Below are positions 1 through 9,404 of a stretch of 64,000 bases of DNA, piece by piece (position 1 is the stretch's first letter; the number at the start of each line of letters is the position of its first letter). The stretch comes from a virus (lineage: Duplodnaviria > Caudoviricetes), in IMG/VR virus record IMGVR_UViG_3300009108_000480. One strand, given 5' to 3'. A program made the translations under genes and the position numbers. Under the pieces are notes generated by a model. That model ran no database searches, was not told where the DNA came from, and worked only from the letters and a program-made list of their open reading frames with translations.

Positions 1-2
1 AA

Positions 3-587
3 CGTGTAGATAATGCAGGTAGAGAGGGCAAAGTGAAAGCTATGGGATTAGATTTAAAAAGATCAGATACTCCTGTATTTGTTCAAGATTTTTTAAGTGA
101 AATACTGTATATGGTATTAACAGGTAAAACTGAAGAGCAAGTATTAGAAGCAATTACAAATTTTAGAGCAGAATTTAAAGCAAAACCAGGTTGGCAAAAA
201 GGATCTCCTAAACGAGCAAATAACGTAACCAAGTATACTGAATTAGAAAAGAAACAAGGCAAAGCAAATATGCCAGGACACATACGAGCAAGTATGAATT
301 GGAATAATTGCAAACAAATGTATAATGACAAATACTCATTGCCAATTACAGATGGTGCAAAAGTAATTGTATGTAAACTTAAAAACAATCCATTAGGATA
401 TACATCTGTTGCATACCCTACAGATGAATTACGTATTCCACAATGGTTCCAAGAATTGCCATTTGATAACGAAGCAATGGAACAAACTATACTAGATGGC
501 AAACTAGATAATTTAATTGGTGTATTAGACTGGGATATACAAAGCACTGAAACCAGTAATACATTCAACAAACTTTTTGAAATCTAA
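3..587 (+). CDS. polB: Family B DNA polymerase, C-terminal end (5'-truncated by window)
   Basis: Frame is open from base 3 (RVDNAGREGKVKAMGLDLKRSDTP). KxxGLDxKRSDTP and 'PGHIRAS' are PolB thumb-region motifs. Confidence 0.85.
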   Translation, partial: RVDNAGREGKVKAMGLDLKRSDTPVFVQDFLSEILYMVLTGKTEEQVLEAITNFRAEFKAKPGWQKGSPKRANNVTKYTELEKKQGKANMPGHIRASMNWNNCKQMYNDKYSLPITDGAKVIVCKLKNNPLGYTSVAYPTDELRIPQWFQELPFDNEAMEQTILDGKLDNLIGVLDWDIQSTETSNTFNKLFEI

Positions 588-590
588 ATA
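585..590 (+). promoter_or_regulatory. Late-type promoter box TAAATA, 5 nt before ATG 596
   Basis: Same hexamer recurs at similar spacing before many genes. Here it overlaps the pol stop codon. Confidence 0.4.
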
Positions 591-595
591 ACTGT

Positions 596-1393
596 ATGTT
601 AAGCATAGAAGAAATAAAACTGTTAAAAGAAAAACTACAAAAACTTAAAGGTACAGATTGGGAAAAGTTTTTAAAAGAACAAATACAAATTTTAACAGAT
701 GTGGAATTGGCTGTTGATGCTAATAATCAAGACACAATTGATCGATTAGATAAAACATTAGATTGGTTTAGACGAGATTTAAAAATAAAAAGAGAACAAC
801 CTATGTTTGATCCAATATTAAGGGGAGCTATAACAAGAAAAATATTCCAATTTGCTAAAACTAATATCTATAATAGTCTTGAAATTGGTCCTGGTACAGG
901 TATGTTTTCTAAAGACTTTAGAGCATGGCGATTAAATTATTTTCTTGAAGTACTGCCTGAACTAGAAGCAAAAATACGAAGAAGATTTCCTCCACCTCAT
1001 CAAAAATATCTTAAATTTTATCTAACACGCAATACTGAATGTTCAAATATTCCACAAGGTTCTTGCAATCTTGTGTTTAGCTGGGATACCTTTGTATTCT
1101 TTACACAACAACACATACAACAATACCTACACGACATTAAAAGAGTATTAATACCAGGTGGTTATTGTTTTATACATTATGCAGATTGCCATTTTGATTA
1201 TGATTTACACGAAGCAAAAAGAGGTTATTGGAACTACAATACCAAAAGTGAAATGGAAAAAATTATTAAAGAAGAAGGTTATGAAATTGTGGAAATGAAA
1301 CAATTTAAACCAGGAGCCAATTATGCCATATTTAAAAAACCTGGTAAACAAAATCCAGCAGTGTATAAAATAAATGAAATTACTATTGATTAA
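596..1393 (+). CDS. Class I SAM-dependent methyltransferase
   Basis: Motif I SLEIGPGTG, 'LVFSWDTFVF' and 'VLIPGGYCFI' (typical xLxPGG). Confidence 0.8.
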   Translation: MLSIEEIKLLKEKLQKLKGTDWEKFLKEQIQILTDVELAVDANNQDTIDRLDKTLDWFRRDLKIKREQPMFDPILRGAITRKIFQFAKTNIYNSLEIGPGTGMFSKDFRAWRLNYFLEVLPELEAKIRRRFPPPHQKYLKFYLTRNTECSNIPQGSCNLVFSWDTFVFFTQQHIQQYLHDIKRVLIPGGYCFIHYADCHFDYDLHEAKRGYWNYNTKSEMEKIIKEEGYEIVEMKQFKPGANYAIFKKPGKQNPAVYKINEITID

Positions 1394-1414
1394 TTTAACA
1401 AAGGAGTATACAAT
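1386..1414 (+). promoter_or_regulatory. sigma70-type promoter
   Basis: TTGATT(1386-1391)-17 nt-TACAAT(1409-1414). ATG at 1421 is 6 nt downstream. Confidence 0.6.
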
Positions 1415-1420
1415 TAACAT

Positions 1421-2158
1421 ATGAAAGATATCTTACAAGACATAGTTAAGCACACGCATGGACTAGGATTTTTAGATCTTGTCAAAATTTCCGGAGATGG
1501 TAGTGAAACTGCTATTGATTCAATGGCAGAAGACAGATCAGTTATCTTGCAAGGAACCTTTAACAAACCACAATCAGAAATGACTGGTACGTTTGGTATG
1601 CCTCAATTGAATAAATTAGATATTCACTTGAAGTGTCCTGAATATCAAGAAAAAGCAAAAATAACTGTAACAAAAGGCAACAGAAATAGTGCTGAAGTTC
1701 CAACAGGAATTCATTTTGAAAACGAAAAGGGAGACTTCAAAAACGATTACAGATTTATGAATGCTGAAATTATCAACGAAAAACTTAAAACAGTTAAGTT
1801 TAAGGGAGTTAAATGGGACGTTGAAATTGAACCAACCGTGGCGAGTGTACAAAGGTTTAACTTTCAATCTATTGCAAATACAGAACATAATTCTTTTGTT
1901 GTTAGAACAGAGAACAATAACCTGATATTTTCATTTGGTGATCAAGCATCACATGGTGGAGAATTTGTTTTTGCAAAAGGAGTGAAAGGAACTCTAAATA
2001 AAGGATGGAGTTGGCCTGTAGCACAGGTATTGCAAATACTGAAACTGTCGGATTCAGCAAAAGTTATATTACATTTCTCAAACGAAGGAGCAATGATGGT
2101 AACGGTTGATTCGGGGTTAGGCAAGTATCAATATATAATTCCAGCCCAGGCGCAATAA
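1421..2158 (+). CDS. Probable DNA polymerase sliding clamp (gp45/PCNA-like)
   Basis: 245 aa, beta-rich alternating pattern, next to the polymerase, C-terminal 'YQYIIPAQ'. Assigned from size, context and recalled resemblance. Confidence 0.55.
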   Translation: MKDILQDIVKHTHGLGFLDLVKISGDGSETAIDSMAEDRSVILQGTFNKPQSEMTGTFGMPQLNKLDIHLKCPEYQEKAKITVTKGNRNSAEVPTGIHFENEKGDFKNDYRFMNAEIINEKLKTVKFKGVKWDVEIEPTVASVQRFNFQSIANTEHNSFVVRTENNNLIFSFGDQASHGGEFVFAKGVKGTLNKGWSWPVAQVLQILKLSDSAKVILHFSNEGAMMVTVDSGLGKYQYIIPAQAQ

Positions 2159-3600
2159 TGGCAGAATATCGGCAAGAACATTTAGGCAAATTTAACAGAA
2201 ACTTTGCAGTGTTCTTGCCTGCAATTTCAAATTTTTACAATACATTTATATCCAGACAACGAACTACCAAAGGTAAACACATTCCAAAGGATAGAATTCC
2301 AAAAGGTTTTGATCAAGACGTTGAAGGTTTAAACTTCATTAATCCAGATAAAGGTTATTTTACATATCCAACTGCATTATATTCGGCAGGACACGCCTGT
2401 TTAGATATGGATAAAGTTACAGATAGAGATTCTATGTGTGTAAACAGAGATAGAAAGTTTAGCACAATAGTAGGTGATTCTGGTGGATATCAAATAGCAA
2501 AAGGTGTTATACAATTCGATTGGAAAGATTTCGAAGGAAATAAAGCAAATGCAGTTAGAAACAATATACTAAACTGGTTAGAACTTACATCAGATTGGGC
2601 AATGACATTAGACGTTCCAACTTGGGCGGCAGATGACTTAAACAAAGGAAAATCAGGATTAAACAGTTTTGAGGATTGTTTAAATGCTACAAAATTTAAT
2701 AATGATTACTTCCAAAAAAATAGACTTGGACAAACAAAATTCTTAAACGTACTACAAGGTGATGATTGGGAAACTGGAACAATTTGGTATGATCAAATGA
2801 AAAACTATAAGTTTGAAGGTTGGGCATTTGGTGGTATTAATATGTGTGATATGGAAATATTACTTAAAAGACTAATTGTAATGAGAGACGAAAAGCAATT
2901 AGACGGCAAAGATTGGATTCACATATTAGGCACATCACAATTAGACTGGGCTTGTTTCTTAACACAAATACAAAGACAACTAAAAAAACATATTAATCCA
3001 AATGTTACAATAAGTTTTGATTCAGCATCGGCATTTTTATCAGTTGCAAATGGATTAACATATACTCAAAATGTGTTTACTCCAAAACGATTTTCTTACA
3101 TTATGGATAAAGCACCAGATGACAAAAGATTAAAAGGATCTGATATTCCATTTCCATTTCAAAGTGCAATTGGTGATAGATTAACAATGGGAGATATTTG
3201 TAGGTATGGCGAAGGAGACCTAAATAAGAATAACAAAGAAGGTAAAACTGCTTGGGACAGTTTTAGCTATTGTTTATTAATGGCTCATAGTGTTTATAAT
3301 CATATTAAAGCAGTACAAGTTGCAAATGATTTAAATGATATTGAAAGTGTGGTACATAAACCACAAGTTAAACATTGGAGAAAAACTAAAGGACAAGACA
3401 ATACAGACGAATTTAGCAATTTTGTTCCAAGAAACATCTTATATTTTAATACATTAGTCGAAGAAGTGTTTACTTCTGAGAACCCAATGGAAGTTATTAA
3501 CAATGCTAAAAGTTTTCTAGCAGATATACGAGGTACACGATGGGCAAGACATACAGGGGGAGGAAAAGGTAAAAATAACTTTAGTTCATTATTTGAATAG
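2158..3600 (+). CDS. dpdA: TGT-family guanine transglycosylase, phage DpdA type (7-deazaguanine insertion)
   Basis: TGT motifs in order: GDSGGYQ, MTLDVP, VLQG, WAFGG, HILG, SFDS. The canonical CxCxxC zinc site is absent. folE, queE, queD-like and yhhQ are nearby. Confidence 0.8.
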   Translation: MAEYRQEHLGKFNRNFAVFLPAISNFYNTFISRQRTTKGKHIPKDRIPKGFDQDVEGLNFINPDKGYFTYPTALYSAGHACLDMDKVTDRDSMCVNRDRKFSTIVGDSGGYQIAKGVIQFDWKDFEGNKANAVRNNILNWLELTSDWAMTLDVPTWAADDLNKGKSGLNSFEDCLNATKFNNDYFQKNRLGQTKFLNVLQGDDWETGTIWYDQMKNYKFEGWAFGGINMCDMEILLKRLIVMRDEKQLDGKDWIHILGTSQLDWACFLTQIQRQLKKHINPNVTISFDSASAFLSVANGLTYTQNVFTPKRFSYIMDKAPDDKRLKGSDIPFPFQSAIGDRLTMGDICRYGEGDLNKNNKEGKTAWDSFSYCLLMAHSVYNHIKAVQVANDLNDIESVVHKPQVKHWRKTKGQDNTDEFSNFVPRNILYFNTLVEEVFTSENPMEVINNAKSFLADIRGTRWARHTGGGKGKNNFSSLFE

Positions 3601-3608
3601 GAGGATAT

Positions 3609-3848
3609 ATGACAGGTAAAGACAATTATCAAAAACATTTAAACCGACGCAAAGATAAAAAACTAAAAAAACTACTAGATCATCACGATTATCTAAATAG
3701 AAAAACCAAAGAATTAGACAAAGAACGAGGACATGGTGACAGAAGTGAAGAAAGCAAACAACTACTTTTAAGATTAAAAAAAACCAAATTAGCAATTAAA
3801 GACGAAATTACAAGAGTTACCGAAGAATTAAGCAAACTTACCAAATGA
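3609..3848 (+). CDS. Small basic coiled-coil hypothetical protein
   Basis: SD GAGGA upstream. 'LLLRLKKTKLAIKDEI' resembles the DUF465/YdcH pattern. Confidence 0.6.
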   Translation: MTGKDNYQKHLNRRKDKKLKKLLDHHDYLNRKTKELDKERGHGDRSEESKQLLLRLKKTKLAIKDEITRVTEELSKLTK

Positions 3849-3855
3849 AAATAGT

Positions 3856-3883
3856 TTGACAAAATAAAAGGATATGCTATAAT
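3856..3883 (+). promoter_or_regulatory. sigma70 promoter with extended -10
   Basis: TTGACA(3856-3861)-16 nt-TATAAT(3878-3883), preceded by TGn. ATG at 3891 is 7 nt downstream. Confidence 0.75.
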
Positions 3884-3890
3884 GCAAGTA

Positions 3891-4427
3891 ATGGAAAGAG
3901 ATTACAAAACCGGTGTAAAAAAAGATATTACAGTTTTCTCAGGTGTGGAAATTGAACACACACCAGCATATGGAAAACAAACATTATTTCTTGCTCGTAA
4001 TGATTTAACATTTGATCAAATACAAGAATGTGCTGTTATGGTGAATGCTGAAGCAATTTATTATGGTGCAAATAGAAGCTATATGCACAGCCAATTCATG
4101 CAAGTACCACAAATTATGAAATTTTTAGAACATGGTTATTATGTAACCGTAGATTATCCTTTTGAATTACACCAACTAGTTAGTCAAAAATTTGCATTGG
4201 TTTGGAAACATGAAAAGTTTATTCCATTTTGTTCAATTATAATGCCAGACTCAGAAGAAGATACATCATTATATTTTAAAATTGATGACGTTGATTTTAA
4301 TAAAACAAATCCCGGTGTATGGACAATGAGTATAAAAGACTTTAAAGATAAAGCAGGATTTACTAAATGGGATGATTATAAAAAAGATGAACCAATAGAG
4401 GAGAGTAAAATATGGTCAATGAGATGA
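3891..4427 (+). CDS. Hypothetical protein between dpdA and the QueD-like gene
   Basis: Good ORF. Start moved from 3882, which lies inside the -10 box, to 3891. Confidence 0.75.
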   Translation: MERDYKTGVKKDITVFSGVEIEHTPAYGKQTLFLARNDLTFDQIQECAVMVNAEAIYYGANRSYMHSQFMQVPQIMKFLEHGYYVTVDYPFELHQLVSQKFALVWKHEKFIPFCSIIMPDSEEDTSLYFKIDDVDFNKTNPGVWTMSIKDFKDKAGFTKWDDYKKDEPIEESKIWSMR

Positions 4428-4903
4428 AAAGCGAAGAATTAAGTATCAGTCAATTAGATGCAATAAGAGATAATGAATTAAACGAACAAAGAAATCAAGC
4501 ATTAAAGGAACGAGCAGGTAAGGCATCTAAAATGATTTGGGTAACCTTTCGTAAAGAAGGTATGCACAAATACCCAGCGGCATTAGAAGATCCAAAGTTA
4601 AAAACAGGTGATGAATATGACGTATCATTTTTAGGATATCCGCATAGGCATACATTTCATTTTAAAGTTGCAATAGAAGTATTTCATGATGATAGAGATA
4701 TTGAATTTATACAATTCCAAAGATGGATTTTAAGTTTATATAGTCAAGGCACTTTACAAAACGATTTTAAAAGTTGTGAAATGATGTCAGATGATTTATA
4801 CATTCAAATAACAAAAAAATATCCAGGCAGAAAAATTGAAATAGACGTTTCTGAAGATGGAGAAAATGGATCACACGCAGTTTATGAAAGAAATAACATT
4901 TAA
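4412..4903 (+). CDS. QueD-like T-fold protein with LxxxHRHxF motif (DpdL-type candidate)
   Basis: 'FLGYPHRHTFHF', 'DRDIEF', 'SCEMMSDDL'. CxxxHGH of canonical QueD is absent. SD GAGGAG upstream. Confidence 0.75.
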   Translation: MVNEMKSEELSISQLDAIRDNELNEQRNQALKERAGKASKMIWVTFRKEGMHKYPAALEDPKLKTGDEYDVSFLGYPHRHTFHFKVAIEVFHDDRDIEFIQFQRWILSLYSQGTLQNDFKSCEMMSDDLYIQITKKYPGRKIEIDVSEDGENGSHAVYERNNI

Positions 4904-5204
4904 AGAAAAAAGAGCAACAACAAGAATGGGTTATCTACCAATAGGTGGAGGAGGCTTAAATGCATCTTATACATTTGTAGATGCCGTTGCAAATATCTGT
5001 GCCACTGCAGGTAACCTAGGTATGATATATGGCAAAGATTTTATTTGGGCATATCATGGATATGACGCCGATAATGACGATTGTATTACACTAATGGTTA
5101 AAGAAGAAAAGTATGAAACTTTTTTACATTTAGCACTTAAAAATGATCACAAAATTAAGCATACCCAAAATGGTGATGCTATACTAGTTAAGTCATCTAA
5201 ATAA
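4857..5204 (+). CDS. Hypothetical protein
   Basis: ORF fills the gap between neighbours. True start is uncertain. Confidence 0.6.
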   Translation: MEKMDHTQFMKEITFKEKRATTRMGYLPIGGGGLNASYTFVDAVANICATAGNLGMIYGKDFIWAYHGYDADNDDCITLMVKEEKYETFLHLALKNDHKIKHTQNGDAILVKSSK

Positions 5205-5212
5205 CATGAATG
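5198..5212 (+). promoter_or_regulatory. Late-type box TAAATA-ACATGA-ATG
   Basis: 14 of 15 nt identical to 11891-11905. Confidence 0.5.
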
Positions 5213-6367
5213 TCACGCAAACTACTAGACAAAAATTTCTGTGTATTACCTTGGACAGGTTTTCAACTAGAACCTAACGGTATAGTAAAAAACTGCATCA
5301 TTGCTGAAGATACTATTGGCAATATACATCAAAATAGCATAGAAAACATTCTTCAATCAAAAAAGAATCTTGAGATTAAAACTCAAATGCTAAACAAAGA
5401 ATTTCCAAGTAATTGTAAAGGTTGCTATTTTCAAGAAGAAAATCGAGCAAAAAGTTTTGAAAGTATTAGTAGTCGACTATATTATGCAAAAGAATTAGGT
5501 CCGCACATTAGCAATAACTTATTAGATGATAAAAATAACTTTGATTTAAGTCATGTAGATCTTAGATGGAACAATAAATGCAATCAAGCCTGTGTTTATT
5601 GTAACTCTGATTACAGTAGTAAATGGGCACAAGAATTAAACATTAAACAAAAATTTGAAAAGAAAAATGTTGAAAAAGTAAAACAATATGTCTTTAAAAA
5701 TATTAAAAAATTAAAAAACATTTATCTTGCTGGAGGTGAACCTTTGCTTATGAACGATAATAAGGAGTTTCTAGAATTATTATTAAAACAAAATCCTGAT
5801 ATCCATTTAAGAGTAAACACAAATTTAAGTTCTACAGGAACAGGAGTGTTTCAATTGTTATGTCAGTTTAAAAATGTTCATTGGACTATAAGCATAGAAT
5901 CCATAGAAGAAGAATATGAATATATTAGATACCATAGTTCCTGGAATACTTTTTTAAAAAATTTACAACACATACAAACACTTAATCATAGAATTAGTTT
6001 TAATATGTTACATTTTATTCTAAACTATAAAAGCATTTTTAATTGCGTTGACTATTTAAAATCGTTAGGCTTTCACAACAATAATTTTATAATTGGACCA
6101 CTGTATGGACCTTTATTTTTGAACATTAAACATTTACCACAAAAAATATTAAATGAAGTTATTAATATTCTTAAAACCAAAATTAACGAAAAACCAGGAT
6201 TTTACCTACAAAATAGTTTGGAAAATATACTGAAGTATTTGACTGAACCCAATTTTTATGCTAATATAGAACTAGTACGTAGTAGAATAAAAAAAATGGA
6301 TGAGAGACGAAATTTAAATAGTAGGAAAATATTTCCAAAATTATATAAGGAAATGTTTAATGAGTAA
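5210..6367 (+). CDS. Radical SAM protein with N-terminal twitch/SPASM-like domain (#1)
   Basis: N-terminal FCVLPW...C...CKGC, core CNQACVYC, GGEP, NTN. Confidence 0.9.
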   Translation: MSRKLLDKNFCVLPWTGFQLEPNGIVKNCIIAEDTIGNIHQNSIENILQSKKNLEIKTQMLNKEFPSNCKGCYFQEENRAKSFESISSRLYYAKELGPHISNNLLDDKNNFDLSHVDLRWNNKCNQACVYCNSDYSSKWAQELNIKQKFEKKNVEKVKQYVFKNIKKLKNIYLAGGEPLLMNDNKEFLELLLKQNPDIHLRVNTNLSSTGTGVFQLLCQFKNVHWTISIESIEEEYEYIRYHSSWNTFLKNLQHIQTLNHRISFNMLHFILNYKSIFNCVDYLKSLGFHNNNFIIGPLYGPLFLNIKHLPQKILNEVINILKTKINEKPGFYLQNSLENILKYLTEPNFYANIELVRSRIKKMDERRNLNSRKIFPKLYKEMFNE

Positions 6368-6527
6368 ATGTAATTGTGGAAGATCACCTACAGGACTTTG
6401 TGTTGGTTGGCATTCTTTAACTGAAGAAAAATATAAAGAAAAGAAAAAGAAATATGAAAAAATGGAAGAAGAAAAAAAGAAAAAGAATCCCTTTCATGCA
6501 AGAGCAATTGATGGGTTTGGAGAGTAA
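6360..6527 (+). CDS. 55-aa CDGSH-like Fe-S/zinc-finger protein (absent from ORF track)
   Basis: My translation is MSKCNCGRSPTGLCVGWHSLTEEKY...GFGE*. ATG overlaps the radical SAM 3' end; the stop abuts the next ATG (TAAATG). Confidence 0.7.
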   Translation: MSKCNCGRSPTGLCVGWHSLTEEKYKEKKKKYEKMEEEKKKKNPFHARAIDGFGE

Positions 6528-7700
6528 ATGAAAATATTTTACATGGGCCTAGAGCCATACGAAGGCAGATATACATTACAATTAACTGATTGGACTGAAC
6601 GGGCTTTCAAAAATAGAGGTATCGATTATGTTATAGTACCTGGTACTACTATCGATGATTCCAAAGCAATTGTAACAGGACAAGTATTAGATGCACATGG
6701 ACGTTCATATTTTGGTATGAGTCAAATGATGAATTTAGTACAAATGATGAAAGCTGGTGAAATTACATCAAATGATATTATATTTTTTGAAGATATGTTT
6801 CAACCAGGTATAGAATCGTTACCATACATTATGAATCAATCACCAGCAGAATTTAGACCAAAAGTTTGGATAAGATGTTTAGCACAATCAATTGATCCTG
6901 ATGATTTTATACACGTATGGGATATGAGCAAATGGATGAGCTTATATGAAGCGATGTGCAATGAATTTGTAACAGGTGTATTAGCAACTAATGAAGAAAT
7001 GGTTGCACATATGAAAATTGCAAATTGGAAAGCACCAATTTATAACATATCAGGATTAAGTTTTGGCAAAGAAGAAGTACAAAATAGAGTAAAAGATATT
7101 AAACCTTTTGAAGAACGAACAATGCGAGTTGTTTTTGGTGCAAGATGGGATCAAGAAAAACAACCAGGTTTCTTTATGGATATGATTGACCATTGGCAAC
7201 AAAATAAAAAATTGCCTCCAGTTGAATTTTGTATCTGCGTAGGTGGACCTTTAAGAAGTAATAACAAAGTATATGTAGACAGGGCAAGACGAATGGAAAA
7301 AGAAGGCACACTTACAATATATGAAAATTTAAAAAAGAATCAATATTACAACATACTTGCAGATTCAAGAGTATTATTTAATTGTGCGTTACAAGATTGG
7401 ACATCCAATACTGTATCAGAAGCAGATTCATTAGGTTGTAATGTACTATTTCCAGCATACAGAACATTTCCTGAAGTTTTTGCAAACGACGAAACAAGAA
7501 TGTATGTTCCGTGGAGTGGCAGAGATGCAATGGAAAAACTAAAAGTATTATTAATGAAACCATCCCCTAGTATGGGTCAAATATCTGATTGGACTGACGG
7601 TACAATAGACAGAATGATTGACATTATGACAGGCACGGGAGAACAATGGAGAAGAGATGGAAAACACTACAGAACACCAGTTTCCGAATCTAAATATTAA
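6528..7700 (+). CDS. GT-B (GT4-like) glycosyltransferase
   Basis: 'ARWDQEKQP', 'LFNCALQDWTSNTVSEADSLGC' (Ex7E-like region), 'YRTFPEVF'. 390 aa. Confidence 0.75.
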   Translation: MKIFYMGLEPYEGRYTLQLTDWTERAFKNRGIDYVIVPGTTIDDSKAIVTGQVLDAHGRSYFGMSQMMNLVQMMKAGEITSNDIIFFEDMFQPGIESLPYIMNQSPAEFRPKVWIRCLAQSIDPDDFIHVWDMSKWMSLYEAMCNEFVTGVLATNEEMVAHMKIANWKAPIYNISGLSFGKEEVQNRVKDIKPFEERTMRVVFGARWDQEKQPGFFMDMIDHWQQNKKLPPVEFCICVGGPLRSNNKVYVDRARRMEKEGTLTIYENLKKNQYYNILADSRVLFNCALQDWTSNTVSEADSLGCNVLFPAYRTFPEVFANDETRMYVPWSGRDAMEKLKVLLMKPSPSMGQISDWTDGTIDRMIDIMTGTGEQWRRDGKHYRTPVSESKY

Positions 7701-8691
7701 ACCAATTGGATCCTGTGTATTAGTAACAGGAGGAGCTGGATATATTGGCTCACACACCTGTAAAATATTAAAGAAAAATGGATTCACTCCAATAACTATT
7801 GATAGACATATTGAAAGGTTTGGTCATGCAACATTTGGCCCACATTTTCAAGTTGACCTACCTAAAAATCAAAGTTATCTAAACGAAATAATTAAAAGAT
7901 ACGATATACAATCTTGCATACACTTTGCTGGTAGTGCCTCAGTTGGTGAATCTGTAAAAGATCCAAGCAAGTATTATAAAAATAATGTAATAACTACAAT
8001 GGCTCTGCTTGATCAATTAGTACAAAATAATATTAAAACATTTATATTTTCATCAAGTGCGGCTGTATATGGCGATCCCGGAAATCGAAAATGTAGAGAA
8101 GATCGCGGACCAAATCCAATTAACCCATATGGTGTTACAAAATTAATAGTAGAAAGAATGCTTATGGATTATAAAACAGCATATGGCATTTCATCGGTAA
8201 GTTTAAGATATTTTAATGCCGCAGGTGCTGATCCAGAGGAAGAAATTGGAGAATCAAGAACCAAAGAAACTCATTTAATTCCATTGGCCATTAACGCATC
8301 AAGACAATTAAAAACATTTTATATAAATGGCGATAAATTTCCTACAGAAGATGGAACGTGTGTAAGAGATTATGTTCATGTTATGGACCTAGCCGACGCA
8401 CACATTAAGGCTTTAAATTATGCAAATAAAAATTCAGTATGTGAACAAATTAATTTAGGATCAGGTATACCTATTTCTAACAAACAATTATTAGACATCA
8501 TACAAAAACATACCGGTAAAATGGACATAATTGTAAGAGATGGTAGACAAGGAGATCCGGCATATCTTGTAGCTGATATTTTCAAAGCTAAAAAAATATT
8601 AAATTGGTCTCCTACACAAAGTTCTATTGACAATATAGTGGCAACTGCTGTAAAATGGTATAATAAAATACATAAAAAAGAAATACAATAA
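7657..8691 (+). CDS. galE: UDP-glucose 4-epimerase
   Basis: VTGGAGYIGSH, HFAG, SSSAAVYG, YGVTK (YxxxK), LRYFNAAGA, CVRDYVHVMDLADAH. Confidence 0.93.
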   Translation: MENTTEHQFPNLNIKPIGSCVLVTGGAGYIGSHTCKILKKNGFTPITIDRHIERFGHATFGPHFQVDLPKNQSYLNEIIKRYDIQSCIHFAGSASVGESVKDPSKYYKNNVITTMALLDQLVQNNIKTFIFSSSAAVYGDPGNRKCREDRGPNPINPYGVTKLIVERMLMDYKTAYGISSVSLRYFNAAGADPEEEIGESRTKETHLIPLAINASRQLKTFYINGDKFPTEDGTCVRDYVHVMDLADAHIKALNYANKNSVCEQINLGSGIPISNKQLLDIIQKHTGKMDIIVRDGRQGDPAYLVADIFKAKKILNWSPTQSSIDNIVATAVKWYNKIHKKEIQ

Positions 8692-9404
8692 TGGATGATA
8701 CATTAAAAGATAGTTGGGATAATACACATGATCCAATTAGCAAACAAATAAAACAAAGAATTAAAAAAGCAGGAAAAAGATTTCACTGTAATGATAATAT
8801 TTCTGAATACATTGAAGATGGTGATTTAGAACAATTACAAGCAGAAGTACAAGAAAAATTACAAGGTGTATTAGAAAGTCTTGTAATTGATACAGAAAAC
8901 GATCACAATACACAGGAAACTGCAAAACGTGTCGCTAAAATGTATGTACAAGAAACATTTGGTGGCAGATATAAACCGTTTCCGAGAGTTACAAGTTTTC
9001 CTAATGTGGGTTACAAGAGTATGTACACTAGTGGTCCAATTAGTATTAAGTCAACGTGTGCTCACCATTTACAAAATATTGTAGGTAATGCTTGGGTAGG
9101 TATTATTCCAACTGGCAAAGTTATTGGTTTGAGTAAGTTTAACAGAATTATACATCACATTGTAGAAAGACCACAGATACAAGAAGAAATGACAACACAA
9201 ATTGCTGATGCATTAAAAGAATACGCACACACAACTCATATTGCAGTAGTAGTTAAAGCAGAACATCATTGTATGACACACAGAGGCGTAAGAGAACAGG
9301 AATCTGATATGACAACTGCAATTATGTTAGGTGCATTTAAAGATGACCCAGCAACTAGAGATGAATTTTATAAAATTTGCATGAGCATGAAGGGCCATGC
9401 ATAA
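8691..9404 (+). CDS. folE: GTP cyclohydrolase I
   Basis: ETAKRVAKMY, STCAHH, GLSKFNRI, RPQIQE, EHHCMTHRGVR. Confidence 0.95.
   Translation: MDDTLKDSWDNTHDPISKQIKQRIKKAGKRFHCNDNISEYIEDGDLEQLQAEVQEKLQGVLESLVIDTENDHNTQETAKRVAKMYVQETFGGRYKPFPRVTSFPNVGYKSMYTSGPISIKSTCAHHLQNIVGNAWVGIIPTGKVIGLSKFNRIIHHIVERPQIQEEMTTQIADALKEYAHTTHIAVVVKAEHHCMTHRGVREQESDMTTAIMLGAFKDDPATRDEFYKICMSMKGHA

Noticed and set aside
4412-4903. Calling this gene canonical queD
   Set aside because: The CxxxHGH motif is absent; it is left as QueD-like.
7657-7700. 44-nt GT/galE overlap as a fusion or frameshift signal
   Set aside because: Both ORFs are complete on their own; only the galE start is uncertain.
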